DNA of 24,000 nt, taken from the NCBI GenBank assembly GCA_027024305.1, contig JALVSO010000054.1:1-24000 (forward strand), written 5' to 3'. Position 1 is the first letter of the stretch. Every line of letters starts with the position of its first letter. The stretch comes from Candidatus Parcubacteria bacterium. GTDB lineage: Bacteria; Patescibacteriota; Minisyncoccia; Phycocordibacterales; GCA-2747955. The translations under genes were made by a program, and so were the position numbers. Under the pieces are notes generated by a model. The model made no database searches, was not told the origin of the DNA, and saw only the letters and a list, made by a program, of their open reading frames with translations. Shown one piece after another: positions 8,258-18,933 of this stretch.

Positions 8258-8692
8258 ATGCTAATCGGAGAATATAGACATTCCATAGATAAAAAGGGAA
8301 GGACAGCCTTGCCGGCCAAGTTTAAGAAAGAGATGGGCAAGGTGGTTTATATTGCTCGAGGTTTGGATGGGATGATAGATGTCTACACCAAGGATTCCTG
8401 GGATCGTTTACAGGAGAAATTATCTCAACTGCCGATGACCGTTGAGGCCAATCGAAAGTTTAAGAGGTTTATCCTTGGGGCATCATCGGAAGTGGTGCCG
8501 GATAAGCAGGGAAGGGTTATTATTCCTCAAGCTCTTAAAGAGCATGCCGGCATTGAAGCCGATGAAAAAGTTGTTTGAACCGGAGTGGGTGACAAGGCGG
8601 AAATCTGATCGGAAAAGAAATGGGATAGGCAAAACAGCGAAGGGGTGGAAAACATTGCCGAGATTGCCAAGTCCCTGGACGGAATTATCTAA
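8258..8692 (+). CDS. mraZ: Transcriptional regulator MraZ (144 aa)
   Basis: Both SpoVT/AbrB-like halves are present (DKKGRTALPAKF and DKQGRVIIPQAL). TGA at 8576 and 8606 read as Trp gives ...VVWTGVGDKAEIWSEKKW..., the conserved MraZ C-terminal E-I-W. Ends in TAA at 8690-8692. Confidence 0.9.
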
Positions 8693-8693
8693 T

Positions 8694-9608
8694 ATGTCTA
8701 TGAAAACCAACTCATCAGTTCATCAGCCCGTTCTTTTACAAGAAGTTTTGGAATATTTGGAGTTGAAACCCGGTTTGAAAGTTTTTGATGGAACTCTGGG
8801 GGGCGGTGGCTATGCCGAGGAAATTTGTCGAGCCATCGGTGAGGAAGGAATTTTGCTGGGAACCGATTTGGATGCTCACGCCCTGGGAAGAGTTGAAGAG
8901 CGACTGAAAAATTGTTCTTGTCAAAAAAAGTTTTATCTAAAAAACTATTCGGAGATTAAAAAAATTCTCGCCGAGGATAAGGAGGTTTCGGAAATTGACA
9001 GAATGGTCTTGGATCTGGGCATCAGCTCCGATCAGTTGGACTTGGAAAATCGGGGAATTTCTTTTCAAAATCCGGATGCTCCTCTGGATATGAATCTTTC
9101 TCTGGATGAGAAAAAATTAACCGCTGAAGAAATTTTGAACCGGTGGTCCGAGGAGAGCTTGGCCGATATATTTTTCTACTACGGCGGGGAAAGGGCTTCC
9201 AGAAAAATAGCCAAGGCTGCGGTGGAAAGAAGAAAAGAAAAAGCATTTAAGAGGGTGGGTGATTTGGTGGAATTGATTGAAAAGGAAATCGGTCATTTCT
9301 ATAAAAATAAAAAAATTCATCCGGCTACCAAAATTTTTCAGGCTCTGAGAATTACGGTCAATGATGAAATCGGCCATTTGGAAAAAGCTTTGAAAGAGGG
9401 TTTTGAGGTTCTGGGTTCCGGTGGAATTGTGGTTGTGGTCACCTTTCATTCCCTGGAAGACCGAAAGGTTAAGAAAATTTTTAGAGAATTTGAAGGAGGG
9501 GGTTTGGGTAGGAGAGTTAATAAAAAGGTTATCACTCCCGGAGAGGAAGAGCTTGCTCAAAACAGAAGGGCTCGTTCGGCCAAATTGAGAGCTTTCAAGA
9601 AAAATTAG
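8694..9608 (+). CDS. rsmH: 16S rRNA (cytosine1402-N4)-methyltransferase RsmH (304 aa)
   Basis: Starts MSMKTNSSVHQPVLLQEVLEYL (H-x-PVLL signature), then DGTLGGGGY, DLGISS and TFHSLEDR. The track ORF start at 8442 is an upstream read-through overlapping mraZ and is not used. Confidence 0.9.
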   Translation: MSMKTNSSVHQPVLLQEVLEYLELKPGLKVFDGTLGGGGYAEEICRAIGEEGILLGTDLDAHALGRVEERLKNCSCQKKFYLKNYSEIKKILAEDKEVSEIDRMVLDLGISSDQLDLENRGISFQNPDAPLDMNLSLDEKKLTAEEILNRWSEESLADIFFYYGGERASRKIAKAAVERRKEKAFKRVGDLVELIEKEIGHFYKNKKIHPATKIFQALRITVNDEIGHLEKALKEGFEVLGSGGIVVVVTFHSLEDRKVKKIFREFEGGGLGRRVNKKVITPGEEELAQNRRARSAKLRAFKKN

Positions 9609-9631
9609 GGAAAAAATTAAAGATAAATAAT

Positions 9632-9961
9632 ATGCAAAGTTTAAGAATAAACAGCAGAATAAGGAAATTAAATCTCTTCCTTTTGAAGAGGGAAAGACTG
9701 GTTTATTATTCTCTATCTTTGACTTTATTATTTTTGATTTTTTCCTATGCCTTCTTGGTAGCCGCTTCAGTTTCTTTGGGATATGGCATAGAGAGCAATA
9801 ATGATCGTTTAGAGAGAATTTTAGCGGAAAATTCTCAGAGGGAGCTGGAATATTATCTGGCTCAGAATAATATTGAAAAAAAGTATGCTGAGGGGTTGGT
9901 TTTGGCCAAAAATATAGACTATATTGATTCTGTTTTCAATCGGGTTGTGTATAATAAGTAA
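9632..9961 (+). CDS. Small single-pass membrane protein in the FtsL position after rsmH
   Basis: 109 aa with one hydrophobic helix (LVYYSLSLTLLFLIFSYAFLVAASV) followed by a short coiled segment. The call rests on synteny with mraZ-rsmH only. Confidence 0.5.
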   Translation: MQSLRINSRIRKLNLFLLKRERLVYYSLSLTLLFLIFSYAFLVAASVSLGYGIESNNDRLERILAENSQRELEYYLAQNNIEKKYAEGLVLAKNIDYIDSVFNRVVYNK

Positions 9962-9993
9962 ATTTAAAAAGTTCTTCGTGGTAAAATGAAAGC

Positions 9994-10860
9994 ATGGAGA
10001 ATTTTTTTTGATTGGATGTCTTTTTTATCTTTTTTTTGGGGGCTATTTTTGGATCTTTTTTGAATGTTTTGGCAGCCGAGCTGGAGCCTCTGGTTTTTTT
10101 TAATAGAGAAGAAAGAATAAAAAAGAAAATCAAATCATTTTGGAAAAGAATAAATCGCAGATCCCGCTGCCCCCACTGCGCCCATAAACTGAGAGAAGGG
10201 GAGTTGGTTCCGATTTTTTCGTGACTTTTTCTCGGGGGAAGGTGTAAAAAATGCGGAAAAAAGATATCCCCCGGATATTTTTTAGTGGAATTTTTTAGCG
10301 GACTGACTTTTTTGGGTTTTGCCTATCATTTTTACAGTTTAAAGGGCTCAGAGCTCAATCTTTTTAATTGATGGGAGTTTTATTTTTTTGTTCCCATAAT
10401 TTCTTCTTTAATCCTTATCTTTCTTTTTGATTTGAAACACAAGATAATACCTGATTTAATTATTCTTCCAACCATTATTTATTCTCTATTCTATATTGCT
10501 TTTGATTTTAATTCTTTGACTTTTGATTTTTCCCATTGACTTGATGATATTTGAAGGTCTATTCTTTTTGCCCTGCCATTTTTTGCTCTCTGGTTGGTGT
10601 CAAAAGGCAGGGCCATGGGCTTTGCCGATTGAAAGTTGATCTTTCTCCTATCGCTTTTTCTGGACGGCACCATGGAGAATTTACTCTTCGTTTTCGGAGC
10701 TTTTTGGTTGGGGGCTTTCTATGCTATTCCGGCTTTAATTTTTGGAAGGTCAAAATTAAAAACAGAGGTCCCCTTTGGTCCTTTTATTATCCTATCGTTT
10801 TTCATAGTCTACTTTTTCCACCTTTCCTACGGTGATTTTATAAATATCTTTATGGTATAA
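9994..10860 (+). CDS. pilD: Prepilin peptidase / N-methyltransferase family A24 (288 aa)
   Basis: Same-frame fragments join through six TGA codons (10009, 10222, 10369, 10537, 10552, 10630). Motifs: GSFLNV, CPHCAHKL...PIFSW-LFLGGRCKKCGKKIS (Cys-rich box with S-W), FDLKHKIIPD and GFADWKL, which are the two catalytic Asp regions. Polytopic hydrophobic profile. Confidence 0.85.
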
Positions 10861-10881
10861 TCCAGAGAAGGCCTATTGTCT

Positions 10882-11562
10882 ATGAAAAGAAAAATTCTGC
10901 AAAAAAAGAATAATTTGGAAGAGGGGTTTTCTCTGATGGAATTATTGGTGGTTATTGCCATTCTGATAATTCTTCTTTCCATTTCCCTTTTTAACTATGA
11001 TAAATTCGGTAAAGATGTGGAGCTGGAAAATGCCGTCTATTCCATGGCTCTGGCTATTAGAGAGGCTCAGGTCTATGGGGTGAATAAGGCCCTGAAAGAC
11101 GTTGGTGGCAGTAATGTGGAGGACTACTTCGGAGGCGATTATGGCTACGGAGTTTATTTTAATAGAGCGGGGGCATCTTCCGGACCGTCTAATTCCCAGA
11201 AATTTGTTCTCTATATTGATAATGATAGTGGGGCTAATGCCAATAATAAAATTTTTGACAGCAGTTCCGATTGTTCGGGCTCGGCCAATGATGAATGTTA
11301 CAGTCAGATTTTTCTAACCAAGGGAAACTATATAAAAGAGATAAAATTAAAGGGGGGTTCTGATTGAAGTTCTGCAGTAACCGTTGGCCGAGCCAATATT
11401 TATTTTAAAAGGCCAAACCCCGATGCCACCATTCTCAACGATGATGGTAGCCAAATTTACTCGGCCATTCAAATTAAAATCAATTCTCCGGCTGATGTTT
11501 ACAGCCGTTGTGTCAGAGCCGGTGCTTCAGGAGATATAACCATAAGTAGAACATGCTATTAA
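10882..11562 (+). CDS. Type IV pilin / pseudopilin-like protein (226 aa)
   Basis: Class III signal peptide ...EEG|FSLMELLVVIAILIILL with Glu at +5. TGA at 11365-11367 read as Trp extends the track ORF to TAA at 11560-11562. SD-like GAAGG lies upstream. Confidence 0.8.
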
Positions 11563-12131
11563 GTAAAAAGATAAAAAAGAATAGAGCCTTTACTCTGGTG
11601 GAAATGCTGGTTTCTCTAACTCTTTTTTCCGTTGTGACAACCATTGCCTTTACGGCTCTCTATAGGATTATGGAGGCCAACAATAAATCAAAAACCATCA
11701 AATTGGTGGTCAATAATTTAAATGTGGCCATGGAATCAATGACCCGCGAAATCAGGGTTGGCTATAATTACTGCGCCAACCCACCCGCTTCCACCTGTGA
11801 TAGCAATCTTGGTTCCACCAGGATATATTTTAAAACCAAGGATGATTGTGATGGCCAATATGTTTTTTACTCTTCGGAAGAAACCATAAAGAAAAAGGTG
11901 GGGGTAAAGGATTCTGCCGGGAATTGCCAATACCCTTCAACCGAAACGGCCATTTTGGGTGATGATGTTAAAGTAAAAAGGGCCAAATTTTATATTCATG
12001 GTTCGGACGATCACAGTGATTACAATCAACCGAGAGTTTTAATTATCCTGAGAGGACAGGCTACGGATATTAATATGGATACAATTTTTGATATTCAAAC
12101 CACGGTTTCTCAGAGGAATCCTGATCAATAA
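11553..12131 (+). CDS. Minor pilin / pseudopilin-like protein (192 aa)
   Basis: N-terminus KKNRA|FTLVEMLVSLTLFSVV (prepilin-type motif). Overlaps the previous gene by 10 nt. Confidence 0.75.
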   Translation: MLLSKKIKKNRAFTLVEMLVSLTLFSVVTTIAFTALYRIMEANNKSKTIKLVVNNLNVAMESMTREIRVGYNYCANPPASTCDSNLGSTRIYFKTKDDCDGQYVFYSSEETIKKKVGVKDSAGNCQYPSTETAILGDDVKVKRAKFYIHGSDDHSDYNQPRVLIILRGQATDINMDTIFDIQTTVSQRNPDQ

Positions 12132-12141
12132 TAAGAAATCT

Positions 12142-12720
12142 ATGAAAATTTTTCAAAAGAATAAAAAAATAAAAAAAGCGGAGGCTTTTACCTTGGTGGA
12201 GGCTTTAATTTCCATAACCATTCTAATGATTTCAGTGGCCGCTCCTTTAAATTTGGCTTCCCAGGGCCTTATGGCGGCCAATATTGCTCAAAGGCAAATA
12301 GTGGCTTTTTACTTGGCTCAAGATGTTAATGAATGAATTATCAATCAGAAAATGTCTAATCATTTGAAGTCTTCAAATGATATGCTGGATGGCCTAGATG
12401 ACTGTATTGTTACTGCCGGTGGTAATGAAAAGGGATGCGCTATCAATACTTTAGAAAACAGTCCGAGCAGCGCGATAACTTCCTGTGCCGCCTCCGGATG
12501 TCCAAGCAAGGGAAAACTCTATAAAAATAGCAACGGTTTTTATGCTCCGAATCTTTCAGCTGCTGACTTTTCCGGCTATACTCGATATAGTGAAATTAGG
12601 AGAATAGGAGTAGACGGGGGGGTTGTGACGGAGGCCCGAATTAAGACGGTGGTTAAATGAACTTCCGCTCAGGGAGTGGAGCAGAGCTATGAATTGGTTA
12701 ATAATATATCTAAGTGATAA
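12142..12720 (+). CDS. Minor pilin / pseudopilin-like protein (192 aa)
   Basis: N-terminus KKAEA|FTLVEALISITILMISV. Track ORFs 12088-12336 and 12352-12660 share a frame and join via TGA at 12334 and 12658. The gene ends ...ISK-TGA-TAA at 12715-12720. Confidence 0.75.
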
Positions 12721-12731
12721 TATTAAAAAGT

Positions 12732-13256
12732 ATGAATTATTTAAATAATAATAGAAAAGAAAAAGGCTTCGTTATTTTAATCGCCATCGTTATTTCGGGA
12801 CTTTTGGTTTCCATTGGAATGTTTATTGCCAATGTGGCCTACAAAGAACTTTTGCTTTCAACTTCGGCCAAGGCATCCCAAAAAGCTTTTTTTGTGGCCG
12901 ATTCGGTTATGGAGTGTGCCATGAGGCATGATATTAGGAAGGCTGGTTTTTGGGTCACAGATTCAGATAGCCAGAGCCGAGATTTTATATGTAATAATAT
13001 GACCTTTCAACCCCACGCAACAAGTACCGGCGGCTCTGACTGATATACTTCCATATATTATATTTCTTTTGCCGAGGATGGTGACGGGGACGGAGAAATC
13101 AGTTCGGCTGAGATGGATGCCGACCCCAATGCCGGTTATGCCAAATTAATTGTTCAGAAAACCAATAGTGGAGTTGACACCGTTATGAAAGCCTATGGTC
13201 ATGACAGGTATAAAGGAAAAGGTATCGTAGAGAGGGCTATACAGGTAAAGTACTAG
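12732..13256 (+). CDS. PilX-like minor pilin / pilus-associated protein (174 aa)
   Basis: N-terminus RKEKGFVILIAIVISGLLVSIGMFI, a hydrophobic prepilin-like helix lacking Glu5 as in PilX-type proteins. TGA at 13041 read as Trp extends the ORF to TAG at 13254-13256. Confidence 0.6.
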
Positions 13257-13268
13257 TTTTTATTTTAA

Positions 13269-15296
<2,028 letters not shown>

Positions 15297-15300
15297 TTTT

Positions 15301-15334
15301 TTACAGGAAGTTCGACTTCCTGTAAAGATTTTGT
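15301..15334 (+). terminator. Rho-independent terminator of ligA
   Basis: Perfect 10-bp stem TTACAGGAAG (15301-15310) / CTTCCTGTAA (15316-15325), then a T-rich tail. Confidence 0.7.
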
Positions 15335-15348
15335 TCTGGGAAAAATAA

Positions 15349-15357
15349 TGTTAGAAT
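15349..15357 (+). promoter_or_regulatory. Extended -10 element TGTTAGAAT for uppS
   Basis: Ends 6 nt before the ATG at 15364. Confidence 0.5.
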
Positions 15358-15363
15358 GGTGCG

Positions 15364-16071
15364 ATGAAATTTAACAGGAAAGTAAAATCCATTGGGATTA
15401 TTATTGACGGTAACCGGAGGTGGGCCGTTAAAAATGGAATGAAAAAAACCGAGGGACATAAATACGGCTTGGACAACCTCCTAAAAACCATAGATTGAGC
15501 TGAAGAATTGGGCATTGAAGAGATCACTTTTTATATTTTTTCCACGGAAAATTGGAAGAGAACAAAGACGGAAGTCAACGCTTTAATGGCCCTTTTTGAA
15601 AAAACTATTAAAGAGCAGTTTGCTCGCCTGGGAGAGAAAGGGGTTGAGATAAAATTTATCGGTGATTTAAAGATGTTTCCCAAAAAGTTGCAAAAACTAA
15701 TCGCCGAGCTGGAAGAAAAAACAAAATCCACAAAGAAAAAAAATAAAATTAAAGTTTTTTTGGCCGCTTCCTATGGTGGTAGAAATGAAATTATCAATGG
15801 AATCAAAAAACTTTCTCGTGAGTTGAGCAAAAAAGAAATTGAAAAATTAACGGAAAAAGATTTTGAAAAATATCTTTACTCCGGGGTGATTTCCGATCCG
15901 GAAATAATCATTCGCACCGGCGGGGACACTCGTCTTTCCAATTTTTTAATGTGGAAGTCGGCCTATTCGGAATTGATTTTTTTAAAAAAAGCCTGACCGG
16001 ATTTTAGAAAAAGTGATTTGAGAAAGGTATTGAAAAAATATCAAGAAGCTCGTTTGCAGAAGGGAAAATAA
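15364..16071 (+). CDS. uppS: Undecaprenyl-diphosphate synthase (235 aa)
   Basis: Motifs IIIDGNRRWA, GH.YG, FSTENWKRT, RTGGDTRLSNFLMW and, after TGA 15994 read as Trp, the conserved WPDF. A second TGA at 15496 gives DW-AEELG. The start lies upstream of the track ORF (15508). Ends in TAA at 16069-16071. Confidence 0.9.
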
Positions 16072-16150
16072 TTCATGACAATACCCATCATTGGGACTTC
16101 ACAATCCCAAGGGGTACTGCAAACTAAAACCAGTATAATATTTTAATTAA

Positions 16151-16915
16151 ATGTTAAGCATTAAAAGTGAGAATAAGAAAAAAGAGATAGAAGTTATTTT
16201 TGAAAATGATAATTTTTTGGCGGTCAATAAACCGAAAAATCTTTTGGTCCATGGGGATGGGCGAAGTGAGGAATGAACCTTGGCCGATTGGATTTTGGAA
16301 AAATATCCACAGCTGGAAGGGGTGGGGGAAGATATTTTTATCAATGAAAAGACCACCATCAAAAGACCGGGTATTGTTCATCGTCTGGACAAGGACACCA
16401 CCGGAGTTATTCTCATCGCTAAAAATCAGGATATGTTTTATCACCTTAAAGAACAGTTTAAAAATAGAAAGACAGAAAAGAATTATAGAGCTTTTGTCTA
16501 CGGGGCCGTTAAGTTTGACCAAAAGACCATCAGGACGATTTTTGGTCGGTCAAAAAATGATTTTCGCCGATGAACAGCCAATAAAAATGCCATTAGGGGT
16601 GATGAGCGAGAAGCGGAAACTTTCTATAAACTGATTAAAAAAAATAATGATTTTTCTTATCTGGATATTTTCCCCAAAACCGGACGAACCCATCAGATTC
16701 GGGTTCATATGCAATATGATGACCACCCCATTGTAGCCGATCATCTATATGCCGGCAAAAGATTTGACCGGGAAGATCCGGAAGCCAATCTTTTTTTTGA
16801 GAGTCAGGCTCTCCACGCCTATAAAATTAAATTTCAAGATTTGGGTGGCGAGACTGTGGAAATTACAGCTCCGGTTCCGAAAGCTTTTGAGAGGGCTTTA
16901 AAGATAATTTTATAA
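16151..16915 (+). CDS. RluA-family pseudouridine synthase (254 aa), no S4 domain
   Basis: HRLDKDTTGVILIAKN (catalytic Asp motif) and GRTHQIRVH. Same-frame fragments join through TGA at 16274 and 16571. Ends in TAA. Confidence 0.85.
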
Positions 16916-16949
16916 TTTTTTCTTATTATAAAATTTTACACAAATTAAT

Positions 16950-16974
16950 AAAAAACCGCATACGCGGTTTTTTA
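16950..16974 (+). terminator. Rho-independent terminator
   Basis: AAAAACCGC / GCGGTTTTT around an ATAC loop, then a T-run. Confidence 0.7.
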
Positions 16975-16977
16975 AAA

Positions 16978-17247
16978 TTTTGTGGATCTGACAGGACTCG
17001 GCTAACATCTTGAAAAAATAAACCAAGACAAATACGACCGGAGTTTTGGTATTTTTTCAAGCCTTTTTCGAGCTTGCGAGAAATGCCTATTTGAGGCTTT
17101 GCCACCTTAAAAAATTTCGAACACTTGGAGGAATTTTTGCCATTACGCGGGGGCGTAAAATCTTAGAAAAACGGCTCCTAAACTCGCCAGTTTTTCACAG
17201 ATTTTACCTAGCCCCGCTCTCTTCGAGTCCTGTCAGGTCTTACAAAA
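16978..17247. repeat. About 270-bp noncoding module bounded by inverted partial copies of the tRNA-Ala 3' end
   Basis: Copy A, TTTTGTGGATCTGACAGGACTCG (16978-17000), has the same orientation as the tRNA gene's 3' end at 17287-17309. Copy B, TTCGAGTCCTGTCAGGTCTTACAAAAA (17222-17248), is inverted. Copy B matches GACCTGACAGGACTCGAA of the gene 18/18 and also copies the 3'-flank TTTTTGT. The 78-aa ORF in the track here is not credible. Confidence 0.6.
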
Positions 17248-17291
17248 ATCAACAAAAAATCCCCGGACAGGATTTTTTGTGATTTTTTTTG

Positions 17292-17365
17292 TGGACCTGA
17301 CAGGACTCGAACCTGCCACCCCCTGCTTGCAAAGCAGGTGCTCTAGCCAGATGAGCTACAGGCCC
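17292..17365 (-). tRNA. tRNA-Ala (anticodon UGC)
   Basis: The reverse complement reads GGGCCTGTAGCTCATCTGGCTAGAGCACCTGCTTTGCAAGCAGGGGGTGGCAGGTTCGAGTCCTGTCAGGTCCA. It folds as a cloverleaf with anticodon loop TTTGCAA (TGC), the G3:U70 Ala identity pair, T-loop TTCGAGT and discriminator A. CCA is not encoded. Confidence 0.9.
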
Positions 17366-17565
17366 ATTTCCAAGAGGATCTAAGTCAAAAAATAATGCTT
17401 AGTCGTCTTGAAAAATGTAGAGGATATGATAGCAAAAAAAGAAAAAAAATCAAGGCTTTTTTCAAGATGTCTTTGTCAAGCTTTTATGGTAAGATTAAAG
17501 CAAATCTTAGGATTAAGACTTTAAAGACTTTTTACAATTTTAATATAAATTTTAATATAATTTAA

Positions 17566-18534
17566 ATGACAATAATCAAACAGAAGAAACAGAGAGTCGC
17601 TATTTTTATAGATGCTCAAAATCTTTATCATTCGGCCAAATCAGCCTACGGAGCCAATGTCAATTTTAAAAATATTTTAGAAGATACCTTGGCCGGTCGA
17701 GAACTGGTTCGGGCCATCGCCTATGTTATCAAAACGGAAAGCGGAGAAGAAAAAAATTTCTTTGATGCTTTGGAAAAATCCGGCATAGAAACCAAGTCAA
17801 AAGATTTGCAGGTTTTTTTGGGCGGGGCTAAAAAAGGTGATTGGGATGTGGGTATGACCGTTGATGCCATTAGGATGGCTCCCAAGGTTGATGCGGTGGT
17901 TATCGTTTCCGGCGATGGTGATTTCATTCCTCTGGTTGAATATTTGAAATTCAGCTCCGGTTGCCAGGTGGAGGCTGCCACATTTAGATCATCGGCTTCT
18001 TCGGGGCTTGTGGAAGTGGTTGATGATTTTTTTGATCTTTCTGAAAATCTTGGCCGCTATTTAATGAAGGGTAGTAGGGTCGGACGTTTTAGATACAGTG
18101 GTAGGACTAGATTGTTATCGGAAAAAGGCATTTCCATAAAAGACCCTAAGCCGCCGGAAATTGGAGGCGAGATGGAAGAGGAGAGCCCCGAAATGATTGC
18201 CGAAAGGGTGGCGGCTAAAAGAGGTCTGTCTTCCGGTATCAAAAGGCCTTTGGTTAAAAAAAGAAATAGTAAGGCCACCGAGGTTGAAATAACCAGGATT
18301 AAAAAAGAAGATTTTGTTGAAAAAGAGATAGAGCAAGCTTTGGTTGAAGACAAAAAAGGCCCTGAACAGCAGAGTGAAAAGAAAAAGGAGAGTAAAATTA
18401 CTTCGGAAAAAAAGAAAAGGGCTCCGGCTAAAAAAGAGAAGAAGGATTCTAAAGAAAAAATAAAGTTGGCCGTTAAAAAGGCCGTAGTTAAAAAGGAAAA
18501 AAAAGAGGTTCCCAAAAAAAAGAAAGCAAAGTAA
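17566..18534 (+). CDS. NYN/LabA-like (DUF88) domain protein with a long Lys/Glu-rich C-terminal tail (322 aa)
   Basis: VAIFIDAQNLY...KKGDWDVGMTVDA...VVIVSGDGDFIPLV fits the NYN/LabA Asp-rich nuclease-fold pattern. The C-terminal ~150 aa is low-complexity and K/E-rich. Ends in TAA. Confidence 0.75.
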   Translation: MTIIKQKKQRVAIFIDAQNLYHSAKSAYGANVNFKNILEDTLAGRELVRAIAYVIKTESGEEKNFFDALEKSGIETKSKDLQVFLGGAKKGDWDVGMTVDAIRMAPKVDAVVIVSGDGDFIPLVEYLKFSSGCQVEAATFRSSASSGLVEVVDDFFDLSENLGRYLMKGSRVGRFRYSGRTRLLSEKGISIKDPKPPEIGGEMEEESPEMIAERVAAKRGLSSGIKRPLVKKRNSKATEVEITRIKKEDFVEKEIEQALVEDKKGPEQQSEKKKESKITSEKKKRAPAKKEKKDSKEKIKLAVKKAVVKKEKKEVPKKKKAK

Positions 18535-18585
18535 CTTCGGGTTAAGTTAATTTGTGTTGGCGGATGATTCATAAAAAGTAATAAA

Positions 18586-18609
18586 ATCAGCGGCTTCCGT
18601 TGGTTTTTT
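18586..18609 (+). terminator. Probable rho-independent terminator
   Basis: 8-bp stem ATCAGCGG / CCGTTGGT (two G:U pairs), loop CTT, T6 run. Confidence 0.5.
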
Positions 18610-18697
18610 ATAATTATTATTAAATCAACCACATAATTAGATAATAAATAAAATGAATAAAAAAATGAAGAAAAGAATAAAGGAAGAAAAGGAAACC

Positions 18698-18844
18698 GTC
18701 CGCGTACTGGTACGTGGACAGTGGCTGTAACTCAAGAACTTAAAAAACCTAAAGAAAAATATAGTCCGGCGTACCAGCACGCTGACGGATGGTTATAGCT
18801 AAAAAAGACTGAAAAAATGTAGTTCAGCGTACCAGTACGCGGAC
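18698..18844. repeat. Three GC-rich imperfect palindromes in about 60-nt tandem units (REP/BIME-like or small structured RNAs)
   Basis: GTCCGCGTACTGGTACGTGGAC (18698-18719), GTCCGGCGTACCAGCACGCTGAC (18764-18786) and GTTCAGCGTACCAGTACGCGGAC (18822-18844). Each is preceded by an A-rich tract and followed by a related (A/G)G.GG.T.TA.C tail. They lie between convergent genes. Confidence 0.6.
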
Positions 18845-18900
18845 GAAAGTCTTAACAATCTGTTTTCTGAATGGAAAAAAGAAATAAAAAAAAGAAATAA

Positions 18901-18933
18901 AAAAACAAAAAACCCTTCAATTATGAAGGGTTT
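18901..18933 (-). terminator. Rho-independent terminator of the minus-strand gene
   Basis: AAACCCTTCA / TGAAGGGTTT, 10-bp stem with ATTA loop. On the minus strand it is followed by TTTTTTGTTTTTTT. Confidence 0.75.

Noticed and set aside
8442-8693. N-terminal 84-aa extension of rsmH given by the ORF track (start at 8442)
   Set aside because: It overlaps the mraZ 3' half in another frame. The canonical RsmH N-terminus (HQPVLL) begins right after the ATG at 8694, 1 nt past the mraZ stop.
16978-17247. tmRNA (ssrA), suggested by the tRNA-Ala-like termini and a GGAYUCG-like 5' segment
   Set aside because: No T-arm can form, because the sequence 5' of the TTCGAGT loop is not complementary to CCTGT. 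There is no G3:U70 pair in either orientation. No recognisable tag reading frame ending in hydrophobic residues plus a stop was found. The ~265-nt length is short. The ends instead form one continuous ~16-bp helix.
17046-17282. 78-aa plus-strand ORF inside the tRNA-end-flanked module
   Set aside because: It uses a non-ATG start in the track, runs across hairpins and the tRNA-derived repeat, and has no coding-like composition or ribosome-binding context.
18698-18844. Mini CRISPR array (three ~22-nt repeats with 35-45-nt spacers)
   Set aside because: The repeats are non-identical and fully palindromic. The apparent spacers are themselves related to each other, so the true unit is a ~60-nt tandem repeat. 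There are only three units and no cas genes in the window.
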